Source of the DNA: Prasinococcaceae sp. CCMP 1430
Taxonomy: Eukaryota > Plantae > Prasinodermophyta
Assembly (NCBI GenBank): GCA_013416795.1
Contig: RQSC01000008.1
Span: 105,503-169,502 of the forward strand
DNA length: 64,000 bases
Direction: 5' to 3'
Both the position numbers and the translations under genes were made by a program. Below, piece by piece: positions 45,322-57,744 of the stretch. Under the pieces are notes generated by a model that did not search any database, had not been told where the DNA came from, and saw only the letters and a list, made by a program, of their open reading frames with translations. Numbering within the stretch: the stretch's first letter is position 1; each line of letters starts with the position of its first letter.

Positions 45322-47349
45322 TCACCGTTGTGCCATTTTGCTGGCGCTGACGGGCGCAGCGTGGAAAGTCCAGCCATGGTGAAACGAGCAGTCCCCCACC
45401 TCATACTTGCCGTAGTCAAAGGCGTGCATCCACTCGCCAACGGCGTACGCGGCGTCAGCGTCGAAGTTTTTCTGCAGATTGTCGAGCGCCCCCCGCGAGT
45501 ATCCCACACGGCGGTAGCGCGCAATGAGCCTCTTGTTGCGCTCCATTACGAACGGCGACGCAGCGCAGTTCCAGCCAAACCCCTCGGCCACCCCATATTC
45601 CTCACTCAAAGCCTCGCCATAGGTCTCGCCATGGCAGTAGCGGCTCATTACGCTGTGCGTGTGCTCGCTCAGCTCGAAATTCCAGTCCATGATTGGCTCC
45701 TTGCGCAGCGCGGCGTACTTCCAAAGGTACGAGAACTCGTCCCTGTACTGAGGATCGAGGGAACGCGTGAACTCTTCGTGGACCGAGGACGCCTCACTGT
45801 CAGAGTAATCGGTTCCCTCGTCCGCCTCCTCTTCCAGCTCGTCCTCGCCTTCCAGTCCCTCCAGCTCCCTGCGCTCCTTCTTGCGCTGGTCGTCGAAGCG
45901 CTTCGCCGTCCACTCCAAGACGTGCTCCACGCGCTCCACCAGCTTTTGGAAGGGCTCCTGAAACGCGCGATCCGCGCTCATGTGCCTGTGTGTGCGCGGA
46001 AAGAAGAAGAGCGCGCTGTCATTGCGCGCGGTGTCGATGGGGCGCAGCGGGCACCACGCTGTAACGTAGGCGTCCGTCTGCACGGGGATGAGGTCGAGCT
46101 CGCGGTGGATATTGGTGGGATCGTTGAGGATTTCGATAGAACGCCCCTTGGAGTCACCCTTGCGGAAGAAGCCATCCTGGTAGAGGCGTACGTCTGCGTG
46201 CGCGCGCGTGTTAGGATGACTGTGCGCACGTGCGCGTGAGCGTGTGGGTGTGCACGGGCGCGCGGGCGCCCGCGTGCACGTACCAGCACCGAGCAGCTGC
46301 GAGGCCGCGCTCGCCAGGCGCGAGCTGAGCGCCCATTGCGCCACCGCCGGATTGTAACGCCTCAGATGCAGCGCCTGGAAGTACTTGAGGTTCTCGCCCT
46401 CCTCTTGTGCACACTCCTCGGCGGCGGCGAGCGCGTCGAGGGCAACGTCGATCTCGCCCTGCTCGTCGAGCTCCGTCCACTCGTCGCCGCTCGCCACGCC
46501 GTCGGGCGCGCGCGCGAGGAGCTCCTCGCCGCACCCGAGCCGCCTGATCTCGGCGTGGGAGTACTCGCGCGTTCCGTGCGCCCACGCGTGGCGCAAGGCA
46601 GGCGCGTATTCCTTGAGCTCGGGCACGATGCCGCGGAGGAGGACGACGCCCTCTCGCGCGAACTCCAGGCGCTGCTCGAGCGGAACGTCGAAGGCGTCGT
46701 CTAGCGGGGGCAGCAGCGCGCCGCCGTCTGCGCCGGCTCCGGCACGTGTGGGCGTGCGGCGCGCCTCCGCGAGTGTGCGGCGAGCGAGTTCGCCACCCGC
46801 GGCCGCGGCCGCCTGCGAGTGCGCGTATCGCAAGAAAGTGCCAGGGATCCCACATGCGTGCGCGTGCGTGCGCGCATGCGTGTGTGTTCCGCGTCAGTGT
46901 GGTTCCTATGGGCGCCCAACCGGTGCGTGCATCCTCTCACTTCTGCACGTGTGCGCCACACACGCGCGCGTGCCCGTGCCCAGTAGCACGCGCACATGCG
47001 CGTGCGCAACGGCATGCGAGCGCGTGTGCGGCGCCCGCACCTCCTCGGCCTCGGCGATGTCAGCGAAATCCGCGCCGGTTGCGCGCTCGGTCGCGGCCGG
47101 CAGGTGCGCCCCCCCGATCTGGCCCGCGGGGCTCGCCCTGCGCGCGAGCGCCGCGTGGGCCGCCGCCGCCACCGAGGCGGCCGACGCAGACGCGGACGAC
47201 GATGGCGAAGCATCATCTCCCCCTCGTGCGTCGTCCCTCTCCCGCTCGCGCGCGTCTGCGCGCAGCCGTGCGGCCTCGACCTCGGCGGCACCATCAGCGA
47301 GGCGCGCGAGCGCGCCGCGCACGCCCTCGGCGACGCCGAGGAGGCACAT
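45322..47349 (-). CDS. Phytanoyl-CoA dioxygenase (PhyH)-like 2OG-Fe(II) enzyme
   Basis: FAREGVVLLRG, SSRLASAASQLLG|DVRLYQD, IHRE..YVTAWCPL, GDCSFHHGWTFHAAP. At least two introns; the start codon is uncertain. Confidence 0.75.
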
Positions 47350-47909
47350 GCCGCGCGCCAATTGGCGCCCGCGCCGCCGCGCGCCGGCGCGCCAGAGTGG
47401 CGAGCGGCGCCGCCCTCGTCCCCTCAACACACACGCCCATGCGCGAGATAACACCCCCATCCGCACCCACCCGCCCGCCCGCCCGCATGCCCGCCCACAG
47501 GCCGGCCACCATACCGCCCGCAGCTGCTGCCCCGCCTCGCCGCCGCGCTCGCTGCAGCGCGATCTGTCGCGCTCGGGGAACGCCCCATATCAAAACGCAT
47601 TGGATTTCCCTCGCGCGTGCGTCCGCGCCCCGAACACGGACCAGGCCCGGCCATAGGAAGATCGGGGCATTTCCCGCCACATCGGGTCTCCTCGGGGGAG
47701 TCTCACCGACAGTCCCGGAGCTGCAGCGGCGACTGCGGAATCGTTCTCGTGGTCGGGAGTTCGTAACCGCAACCATGCCGAGTTCGACGTGGTGCGTGAG
47801 GGCGTGGTGCAGGTGGGGTGTGGGTGTGGCCCCGTGAGCGCCCGCGCGTGCGTGTGTGGCACGCGCGGCCGCTCGGGGACACGCGGACGGGGGAACGGGA
47901 CGCCCTCGC

Positions 47910-49880
47910 TTACGCTGGCGCGCACGGCGGCGCGCGCGCGTCGGCGCCCGCGGCGGCCAGCAGCTGCTGCGCGAGCACCTCGTACGTCTGGTTGCTGTAG
48001 TGAATGCCCTCCGCCGTGCAGCCCGGGCCGCAACCTGGCGCGGTCGCATGCGGCGTCAGCGCGCGAGCGACGCGCGCGCGCATACGCCTTCATGTGCGCG
48101 TGCGTGCGCACGCATGTGTGTGTGCGCGGGCCCGCGTACGCGCGCGCGCGCGCCGAAGGGCGCACGCGCACGTACCCTCCGACACCGCGTGCAGCCCGAG
48201 CCACGCGACTCGCCCGCGCAGAGCCTCCTCCGCACGCACCGCGCGCGCGGCGGCGGCGTTGAGCGCGCGGACGCGCGCGTCCGTCAGGCGCTCGCGCTTC
48301 TCTCGCGTCAGCTGCTTGGCGCGCACCATCGCGGGCAGGTCGAGCCACGCGACGGTCGCGCCGGGGGATGCCGCAGACTGTGTGTGTATGAGAGAGCGTA
48401 CGAGTGTACGTCGCACGCAGCAATCATGCGCGTACCGGACCGACGTGCGCACAGTCAGACAAGCATGCGAAAGCGCACGCACGCAACAGCGCACACGCGC
48501 ACACGCGCACACGCACGCACGCACGCACGCACCAGCGCGCGCAACTATGCACACAACAACCACTCGCGCACGCACGCGCACGCGCACGCCGCGCACGTTC
48601 AGCGCTCGTGTACACGCACCAGCGCCTCGCGAAGTGCGCGTACCACCGCCGCTCCGTATGCCTGTGGTGTGCGAGCATCCGGCGCCTCCCACAGCACATC
48701 CCACAGGCCTGCGCCGAGCAGAAGCACGTGCGGCGGCCCCATAGTTGCGCGCATGCGCACGAGCGCCGCGCTCGCGTTGGTAACGTACGGCGCCCACGCG
48801 AAGCGCAGCTCGCCGCCGCAGCCCGTGCCAGTGGGGAAGGAGAAATCGCTATGTCTGTGGCATACACGCGCGGGTGCATATGTGAGCACAGGTGAATGCA
48901 TACATGTGTGTTTGCGTGGATGTGTGTGTATGCTTGCGTATGTGTGCCAGTCGACGATGCGCGACCGCGCATGACGCACCTCTCGAACGAAACGTGTGCC
49001 GTGCGCTCCGGCGCCGCCAAGCGCAGCAGCGCCGCCGCGACCATGCGCGCCGAGCTGTCCCCCACGAGCGCCACGCGGCGCGCGCCGAGTCGGGCGCCGA
49101 AGCTGCGGAGAGCACACGCACACACACGCACGCATGCACGCACACACGCATGCACACGCGCAGAGAGATTTGTAGAGCGTAGGATAGAGGGACGTGCGCG
49201 TGTGCGTGCGTGTCAGCAGCTCAAAGGACACCACGCGCGTATGCCCTTGCGCTTGCATGCACCGACGCACACACACGAACATGTGCGCGCGTGCGCGCGC
49301 AGGGATTCAGCGCGAGCGGCGCCCGCACCTTCCGCGCATGGCAGCGCCCGCCGGCGCTCTGCTCAGTGCGCAGTCCTGCGCAGCGGCGCCCCCCCACCGC
49401 CAGCGTTGCGCAGGGCCACCGACTACCGCCGCACTGAAATTTGGCCAGTAAAGCGCCAGCGGCGCGCACACAGCATCGAGCGCGTCGCAGTTCGTGCTGC
49501 TCGCACGTGCACACTCCGGCCCGTCAGCGCAGCTCAGCTGCAAGGATGCCTATGCATGGCGCACACGCACATGCACACGCACACGCAACACGCGCACTCG
49601 AACGCGCACACTCGCGGACGCGCCTGCGCACTTATCAAAACGCGCGCGTAGACGCGTCCGCACGCGCATACGCGCACCTCCCGAGCGTGTCATGCACCCA
49701 CACCCCCTCGCCGACGCGCGCGATGCACGCAGGCGACGGAGCACGCACGAGCACGCGAGCGCGCGGCTCCGTGTGCGGTGTCCTCAGCACAATGGCAGCG
49801 AGGACGCACGCAGCAACGAGCGCGGCGAGCGCGCGAGCGAGCGCGGCCGTCATCGAGGGACCGTGCGGCCCGCGCGTCAT
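47910..49880 (-). CDS. SGNH-fold PC-esterase/TBL-like O-acyltransferase or esterase (multi-exon)
   Basis: N-terminal TM (ALAALVAACVLAAIVL), WRW...C, RRVALVGDSSAR (GDS), LRFAWAPY, LLGAGLWD, terminal EGIHY; stop at 47910. Confidence 0.75.
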
Positions 49881-50011
49881 GGTGTGGGGTTGGCTGCGCC
49901 CATGCGCCCGCGTGCGCTCACGTGCCGCAGTGTGGCATCAGCGGCGAGCACGCGCGCTAGCAGGCACGCGCGCATTTCGACGCCACAGAGCGCGCTCTCC
50001 GCGCGCCCCGC

Positions 50012-51467
50012 ATGTCGGAGACGGCCGCGCCGCCTTGTACGTCCGCGCAGGACGCCACCGAGCGCTTCACGCTCTGCGCGCCGCCGCCGGAGGGAGGCTT
50101 CGACTGCCGCGCGACCTTGCCGCCGCCGCTGCTCCCAGCGGCGGCCGCCATCGAGCACGCGCGCGCAAGCGGGAGGGGCGAGGGAGGTGAGAGTGGGGCA
50201 CTCGCGCGTCAGCGCGAGCGCGCACGCGCATGCTCACGCACACCAAGACACACACGGCCTGCCCGCGTTCGCCTGCTCGCTGACACTGGCATGCCTGTGC
50301 TCCTGCGCGCGCTCGCACCAACGCACCAACCTCGCACACACTCGCACACTCGCCAACGCTCTCACGCGCTCACTCGTGCACGCGTATGCGGCATCACCTG
50401 GCTGGCATTGCGACGCTCGTTCACACCGCCTAGCATCGACGAGCGCACCGCGCGCGTATGTGCACGCGCATGGACTGTGGCATCGCTCCGTGCACGTGTG
50501 GCTGGTCGACGCCGTGCGGGGGACAGGTGCGACGCGCGTGTCGGCGCAGGCACGCACCACCCACATCCCAGCCGACGCACGCACGCACACGGACCCACGT
50601 ACGCACACGCACGTGCGCCTCCCCGACCATGCGCGCGAGTGCACCCACGCGCTGACGCACATACGCGAGCGCGCCTACGCACGCGCACCAAAGTCCTCCT
50701 GCAGCAGCGCTCAGTGAGCAAGGACACGTGGCCAGGACTGTGGGACATATCGGCGGCGGGGCACATCGAGGCCGGACAGGACTCGCTCGAGACCGCGTAC
50801 AGGGTGCGTACATGCAATCGTTCACGCGCACGCGTTGACACATGCGCGCATGGACCAGGGCGCGAGCGCACGTGAGTGCAGACGTCGACGCTCGCCCATG
50901 CAGGCATGCACTCACACATGCTCGCGCGGCACGTGCGCGCACGTGCGCGCACGCGTGCACACACGCGCTCAGGAGCTCGGCGAAGAGCTCGGCGTGCCGC
51001 CCGCGCGGGCCGATCTCGGCGGCCGCAAGGCGTTCACATGCCCGGAGGAGTTTGCACCCCTGGGCGGCTGCAACGCGTATGCCGACGTGTACCTCGCGTC
51101 CGTGGACTCCGACGTCGTAGAGGTGCGAGAAACACGCCTAGACGTACGCGCGTGCGCGCGCGCAGCCCCCGCGCGTGCTCGCCCCCCTCTAACCTTGGAG
51201 TGCTGCGCCCCCGCGCAGCTGCGCCTGGGCCAGGCGGAGGTCTCCGGCGCGCGGTGGGAGCCTGCAGCGGCCCTGCTCGACAAGCTGCGCGCAAAGCTCG
51301 AGCAGGTGCAGGCGGCGAGCGGGCGAGGGGGCGCGGAGAAGGGGGCGCTGGCAGATGGAACGGAGGGCGCGAGCACGGGAGCGGGCGTGGACGTGGTGCC
51401 TCGCAGCGCCGAGTACATCGAGCTCTTCCGCGAGGAGCTCAGAGCTCGCGGCGTCGGCGGCGTATAA
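50012..51467 (+). CDS. Nudix hydrolase, IDI/YfcD/NUDX3-like (multi-exon)
   Basis: VHAHGLWHRSVHVWL, VLLQQRSVSKDTWPGLWDISAAGHIEAG..ETAYR|ELGEELG (Nudix box), QAEVSGARW. Confidence 0.82.
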
Positions 51468-51622
51468 CAACCGTGCGTGTGAACGTGCTTCGAGTTCGCC
51501 CGTGTGCGCGCGCGTGTGACTGTGTGTGGATGGGTACGTGTGCCTGAGCTTTCATCCGCATGCTCCGCAAATGCGATCAATTTACATGGACCAGTAGGGC
51601 GGCCTGGCGTCGATTCCTTCCC

Positions 51623-52823
51623 TCACGTGGCCATCGCCTCGGCCGCGCTCGAAGCCTGCGCCTTGGCCGCGGCGGCCTCGATGCCCCTGCCCTCGCGCGA
51701 AAGATCGCCGAAGGTCTCTGGCAGCGTCCCCTTTGACTCGCTCACGAACTCGCGCGTGACGCCGCTGCTGTCGATGACGACCGTGCGGCAGATGCCACCT
51801 GACGAGCCGTCGCGCGACATCGCGTGCGCCACCGCGCCGCGCACGAACGCCAGGCACTCGTCACGGCTCATGCCTGCTTTGTAGTAGTGGTCGACGTATC
51901 CCGTGATGTATGCCGACCCCGAGCCCCCGATGGCGTACGGCACCTTGAGGAGGCTCCCGCCCATCGGGATCGCCCACACGCTCGCGCCGTCATACTTGTC
52001 CCAGCCCGCAACGATCATGCCCGCGCTGAGCATGTCCTTGTTGCCGTAGGCAATGCCCATCACCAGATTCGCCGCCGCCTTCACCGTCGCCTGCCGCCCC
52101 ACGTCGAGCGTGTGCTGGCCTAGGTAGTTTACGATGTACGAGGCGATCGCCTGCGTGTCGGCTGCGCTGCCCGAGCGGCACATCCACACGTTGTCTGTGA
52201 GAGGCACAATCTTGTCGCTCACCTTGTTCGCCACGTAGCTGCCCGTCGATGTGCGCGAGTCGGCGCCGAGCACGACACCGCCATCGTACGCCACCGCCAT
52301 GATTGTCGTCTGCGCGTGCAACGCGAACAGCGCGCGGGCACGCCAACCCAGGGCAGGCGGTGGCGGCCGCGACACGCCGCGATGGCGAAGTGAGGGAGTC
52401 AGAGACAGACATCGCGCAGGCGTTGGCCACCCACGCGCTGCCGCAGGGGCGCGGAGCTCGCGACGCGTCGCCTGTTCGCGTGCTCGCGCCCACCCGAGAG
52501 GGCGCGCCGCTGACGGGTGCGCATCCGCGCGCGCGCGCGCGCGCGCGCGCAGAGATCTCTCGCAAATGCGCGGTCACGCGCTGCGCGTGCGCGGGTGCGC
52601 GCCCCACTCGAGGCGCGCACGGCTCGCCAGCCCTACGCGACCGCATGGCACGCACGACCACGCCCAGGGAGGCGCACGCGGAGGGGCAGAGTGGGGGAGG
52701 GTCGGGGTGGGGTGGGGTGGGGACGGCGCAGGAGATCTGTCGCGCGCATGCGCCACGCACCCCCAGAGACACTGGCAGGCTGTAATCCCCGACATCGTAC
52801 GACCCCGGCGCCGCGTGCGGCAT
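51623..52823 (-). CDS. PBA1: 20S proteasome subunit beta-1 (PSMB6/Pre3 type)
   Basis: Propeptide exon 52823-52761 ending VSLG, intron, then exon 52309-51623 starting at the catalytic Thr: TTIMAV...GADSRTSTGSYVANKVSDK, GGSGS, RDGSSGG. Confidence 0.96.
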
Positions 52824-53247
52824 GGCCGCCGGCGCTGCGAGTGTGTGTGTGTGTGTGTGCGGGGGTGGGTGAGAGGAAACGCGCCCTGAGGCGGGCAGAA
52901 CGGGGGAGTGGGAGGGGGCGGTCACCTCGCCGCGCGGCGCGGCGCTCGCACTGTGGCGACGCCGCGCGCGCGTGCGCGCGCGAAGCCGCCAAACGCGCGG
53001 CGAACCGTACGCAGTAGAACCTCTCTCCGGAAAGTTCTTGCATGCTAAGTATCAACATAAATATGAAAATGCACGCTAATGGGGTCGCGAAATCGCGCCC
53101 CCCGTTCGCTCCGGGCTCGCACTCGCACAGCGCTTCGAAATGCGGCGTCGGCGGCGCCCGCCACAGCGCGCGCGGGGCGCCCGCCCCCAGCGCCCGCGCC
53201 CTCGGCGTCGCCGCGCCCGCGCCCTGCGCGCGGGTCGCGCCGCGACG

Positions 53248-55112
53248 ATGAGCGGCTACGGCTACAGCGACGAGAGGAACGACCCGAACGACGTGTGGCA
53301 GGACCGCGAGATCCGCTTCGACGTGAGCGCCGACGAGCTCGAGCCGCGCAAGGGCGAGTATGCCATCGACCACATGAACCAAGTGGAGGACACCAAGGGC
53401 AACAACGGCGAGCGCGGGGAGCTGCGCATCACCAACCTCCGCTTGGTGTGGTGGTCGTCGCGCAAGGCGCGCACGAACCTCTCGATCGGCTACTCAAGTG
53501 TCATTTCCATCAACATCCGGCAGGCCCAGAGCCGGCTGAGGGGCGCCACACACGCACTCTACGTGCTCACGCGATTCAATGTGCGGCTGCTCGTGCCAGC
53601 GCTGGCGCCTGTGTGCGAGGGCGAGCCGGTTTCCCCGCGCACATGCGCGACGGCAACGCGCGCAGGCGCACGTGCACGCCCGCGCACGCTCATGCACACA
53701 GCACGCGCCAGCCTGGCTGACCGGCGCACGGCTTGCGTGCGCACCGCGCTCTGGCTTCGCCACGCCCACACACGCTGCACTCGCACGTGCTTGCGCGCAG
53801 GGCTCTCGCTTCGAGTTTGTCTTCACGAACCTCGTGAAGAACTCGCCGCGGCTCTTCACGACGGTGCAAGCTGTCTTCAGGGCGTACGATACCACGCACC
53901 TTTACAGAAACCTCAAGGTGAGTGAGCGGGTCTGCATTCGCCCGCTCGCGCGTGCTCGCGCACGAGCATTGAGCTGTCTGCCTGTTCGCCAGACGAGCCT
54001 ACGTTGCCCCCGCACGCACGCAAACGCACACGTCCACGCGCGCGCGGGAGTAAGCGCTCGCTCGCGCTTGCATCACTCGCGCACTCACGGACGTGCGCGC
54101 CCACACGCGCACTCGAAGATCCGCTGCGCTATCATCCATGAGAAGCAACTGCGGCTCTTGCCACACGAGGAAGTGTACTCGACAGTGCCAGGCGTGTGGA
54201 ATCTCAGTTCAGAGCAAGGCAATCTCGGCACCTTCGTCATCACAAACGTGCGACTGGTGTGGTTTGCCAATCTGTCGGATGGCTTCAACGTGTCCGTCCC
54301 ATACATGCAGATGTCCTTCGTGCGCCACCAGGTGCGTGCGCGCGCGCGCGAGCGTGCCTGCGCTTGCAATTCGTGGCGTGCTCGAGGCGCTGACAGGGAT
54401 TGGCGACGCCCCTCCTGCACGCACATCACGGCAGGAGAGCAAATTCGGCATGGCGATAGTAGTGAAGACCACCAAGCGCTCGGGCAGCTACACGCTTGGC
54501 TTCTCGGTGACTCCCGCCGAACGCCTATCGAGCGTTTTCAAAGAGATAGAGATGCTGCACGCGACGTACTCGCAGGTAGCTCGCGCGAGCTGGCGCACGA
54601 TTCTGGCAGCCCTACACGCGCGCGCGTGCGATACTGCTGCAGCTGACCTGGCCCGACACGCGTCCGACGCGCGCGCGCGTGCGCGTGGACGTGCTTGGCT
54701 CGCGCATGCTTGCAGGACCCCATCTTCGGAGTCGACTTTGAAGTGGAGGACTCGCAGCAGAGCCTTGCTGCGGTCACGGTGCCGCGGCAAGAGGACGACG
54801 TCGTCATCGAGGACGAGGAGGTGCGTGCACCAAAGCGTGTCCAAGCGCGCCAGGGCGCGCAGCTACACCGGCGTGTGCGTGTGCGTTCCCACCGTGTGCG
54901 TTCTCGCGCGCGCCGTGCTCGCGCTCTCACACCTGGAAATGCGCGCGGCGGAGCAGGTGTCAGATGCGCTGGCTGCGTACTACGCGGACGGCGACGGCGG
55001 TGCTGGCGACGGCGCCGAGCAGCCTGCGCCGGTGGTTCATCCCGTGCTGGGCCTCGCCGTAGAGCCACCGCCGCAAGGGGTCACCATCGAGCAGCTCTGG
55101 TCGGCGGTGTAG
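53248..55112 (+). CDS. BBS5: Bardet-Biedl syndrome 5 protein (BBSome)
   Basis: WQDREIRFD, EDTKGNNGERG, TNLRLVW, SRFEFVFT, GVWNLSSEQGNLGTFVITNVRLVW, PIFGV, LGLAVE; about 6 exons. Confidence 0.96.
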
Positions 55113-55365
55113 TCCCGCAGAAAGGAGGCGCCGCCTCGCGCCCTCGTGGCGGCGCGCCTTTGCGCCCGCCAAGGTAATACTCTCACGTCCAATCCAAGCG
55201 GCGATCGCGTCGCCTGTGCGGTGCGGAGGGCGCCCAGTGCTATGATTAATTAACTTACGACGTACTACGTGATGGCGTGTGAATGCTTTCACCACCATCG
55301 GCCGTCGGTGGAGGCCACCTCCGCGCGCCCGCGCCCGCGGCGTCACGCCCAGCCCGTTGGGCTTT

Positions 55366-56355
55366 TCACCAGGCACCCGTCTTCGCCGGCGCCTGCTCCA
55401 TGACGAGCGCCATGTCCGCAGTCTCGCGGTTGTAGCCGTTCACCGACGCCTCGATGACGTTGGCGATGTCGATCAGCGGGAGGCGGCGGAAGGGCTCCTC
55501 GAGGTTCACGCCGATCTCGTCGATGCTCACGATCAGAAGGGAGACGACGGCCATGACCGGGATGGCGACGGCGCCGAGCTGCGGCACGAGCGCGAACGGC
55601 AGGCCGGAGAGCCACAGCATCATGAAGCGCGAGGTGTGGCGAGTGACCGAGAGCGGCATCGGCGTGCGGAGGATGCGCTCGCACGCGCCCATGGTGTCGG
55701 TGAGGTTGTGCAGGCGCTCCGCCAGGTAGAGGTGGGTGATGTTGTCGATCTCGCCGCGCTCCTGGGCCTTGCGGATGACGTGACTCATCGCGCACAGGGC
55801 GGCGCCCGGCTTGTGCCCGGAGGCCATGATGGCGTCCACCTCCGCGGGCTCGATCTTCTGCTCCAGCACGCCGCGCAGGTACGAGTCCGAGAGGCCCTGC
55901 AGGTGCGCGGCGAGGACGTGCACGTACGCGGTGATGAGGCGAAGGCCGCGCTGGCAGAGCGTGGGCGAGGTCTTGTACAGGCCGCAGATGGTCTCACGCG
56001 CGAGCGAGCGGCACGCGTTGACGGTGCCGCCCCAGAGGATGCGCGCCTCCCACCAGCGCGCGTACGACGTGTTGGTGCGGAACACGAGGAGCATGGCCAT
56101 CGCGAACGAGGTCAGGGTGAAGGGGGTGAGCGGCAGCGACATGGTCGCGGGCGCCCACGCGTGGATCGCGGCGGTCTCGGCCGTGAGGAAGAGCACCGTC
56201 GGCAGGACGAAGCGCAGGATCTTGGAGCTGCCCCAGGTGGCGAAGTGGCGCACGAAGCGCAGGTGCTCGCGGTGGCGCGCCCAGTCGGGCTGGAAGAACG
56301 CGGGGCTGTGCGCCGCCGTGTTGGCCGCGGTCGGCACGACGAGGTCGTCGCCCAT
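55366..56355 (-). CDS. Bestrophin-like (YneE/VCCN1/BST, RFP-TM) anion channel; 5' end probably in gap
   Basis: PFTLTSFAMAMLLVFRTNTSYARWWEARILWG, GACERILRTPMPLSVTRHTSRF, IDEIGVNLEEPF. Confidence 0.92.
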   Translation of the reverse strand: MGDDLVVPTAANTAAHSPAFFQPDWARHREHLRFVRHFATWGSSKILRFVLPTVLFLTAETAAIHAWAPATMSLPLTPFTLTSFAMAMLLVFRTNTSYARWWEARILWGGTVNACRSLARETICGLYKTSPTLCQRGLRLITAYVHVLAAHLQGLSDSYLRGVLEQKIEPAEVDAIMASGHKPGAALCAMSHVIRKAQERGEIDNITHLYLAERLHNLTDTMGACERILRTPMPLSVTRHTSRFMMLWLSGLPFALVPQLGAVAIPVMAVVSLLIVSIDEIGVNLEEPFRRLPLIDIANVIEASVNGYNRETADMALVMEQAPAKTGAW

Positions 56356-56385
56356 GCGCGCGACGGCGCGGCGCGCGGCCGCGGG

Positions 56386-56691
56386 NNNNNNNNNNNNNNN
56401 NNNNNNNNNNNNNNNNNNNNNNNNNNNNNNNNNNNNNNNNNNNNNNNNNNNNNNNNNNNNNNNNNNNNNNNNNNNNNNNNNNNNNNNNNNNNNNNNNNNN
56501 NNNNNNNNNNNNNNNNNNNNNNNNNNNNNNNNNNNNNNNNNNNNNNNNNNNNNNNNNNNNNNNNNNNNNNNNNNNNNNNNNNNNNNNNNNNNNNNNNNNN
56601 NNNNNNNNNNNNNNNNNNNNNNNNNNNNNNNNNNNNNNNNNNNNNNNNNNNNNNNNNNNNNNNNNNNNNNNNNNNNNNNNNNNNNNNNNNN
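56386..56691. other. Assembly gap (306 N)
   Basis: N run. Confidence 1.
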
Positions 56692-56897
56692 CGCGCGCGT
56701 GGCGCCGCGCCGGGGCGCGAAACGGATAGACTTCCGCGCGCGCGCGCGCAGTGACCGCGCCGGCGACGCGCGCGGGAACCCCGTCCGGCCATCGGCCACC
56801 CAGCTCCTTTTTTTTTTTTTTTTTTGGCCGAGGCGCCTGGCTGGGCGCGATGACCGCGCAGGACGGCCGCAGCACCCCCAGGCCGGGGCCGTACGCG

Positions 56898-56959
56898 GTT
56901 TAGGGTTTTATCTCTGGTGCGTCTGAGTAGTTTTGAAATTGACGAATACATAAACCCTA
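56898..56959. promoter_or_regulatory. Two telo-box/telomere-like motifs
   Basis: GGTTTAGGGTTTT (TAGGGTTT at 56901) and AAACCCTA at 56952, upstream of the bestrophin-like gene. Confidence 0.4.
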
Positions 56960-57744
56960 TGTCTACCTCTGGCCCGACTCCGAAGGATAGCGGGGATGAA
57001 GCCCACGGATGGCTGGCTGGCTGGTGGCCGCCGCGGCGCGAGCCAGGGAGCTGGTGGCCGAGCGCGGCGTCCTCGCCGGCGCGTCATCCATCCCACCCGG
57101 CCGGGCGCCACGGATGGTCGGGAGCCGCCCGCGGGACACGTGGGGAGTGACGGTCACCTCGCGGACGGACGGCGCTTGTTGATGGCGTGGGTGGGTGGGT
57201 GGGTGGGTGGTGATGGGAGGGTGTGCTCAGTCTCTCAGACCTGGGCTGGCCGTGGTACTCCCGGCCGGCCGACCCACGCACGACACCCAAGCACACATCC
57301 AGCACACAGGCCAGGCGCGCACGCGCACGCGCGATGTCTCCGCCTCCACCAGCCAGCCTGCCGAGCCAGCCGAGCCAAACCATCGTGTGCCTGCCCAGCC
57401 GCGCCGCGCACGCGCAGCGCCGCCCGCCCGCGCGCGTCTCATTTATTTTTATTTATTTATCTGAGAATATATCCACAGAAAACCCTCTCGAATTCCCGCG
57501 CGGAAAAACCGTCGCCGTCCGATGCCGATAAGGTTTTTTTTTTTTTTGGTTTTCCCCCGGCGCGCGCGCGCGCGCGCGAACGGGGAAAGATTTGCGGATG
57601 GTGGGGGAAATCACTCCCTCTCCCGCGTTTTGTATGGTCATTTCGAGATGAAGATCAGAAACGACGGGTACTCAAATTTGGGGGGTTGGTTAGTTTCGCG
57701 CGTTCGCCACGCTGGCGGGCGGCGGGCCGAGATTCTCTCGGTGG

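Noticed and set aside
48400-51000. Dense (CA/CG/GCAC)n tracts as mobile elements
   Set aside because: They lie inside introns of the SGNH and Nudix genes and show no terminal repeats, target-site duplications or transposase.
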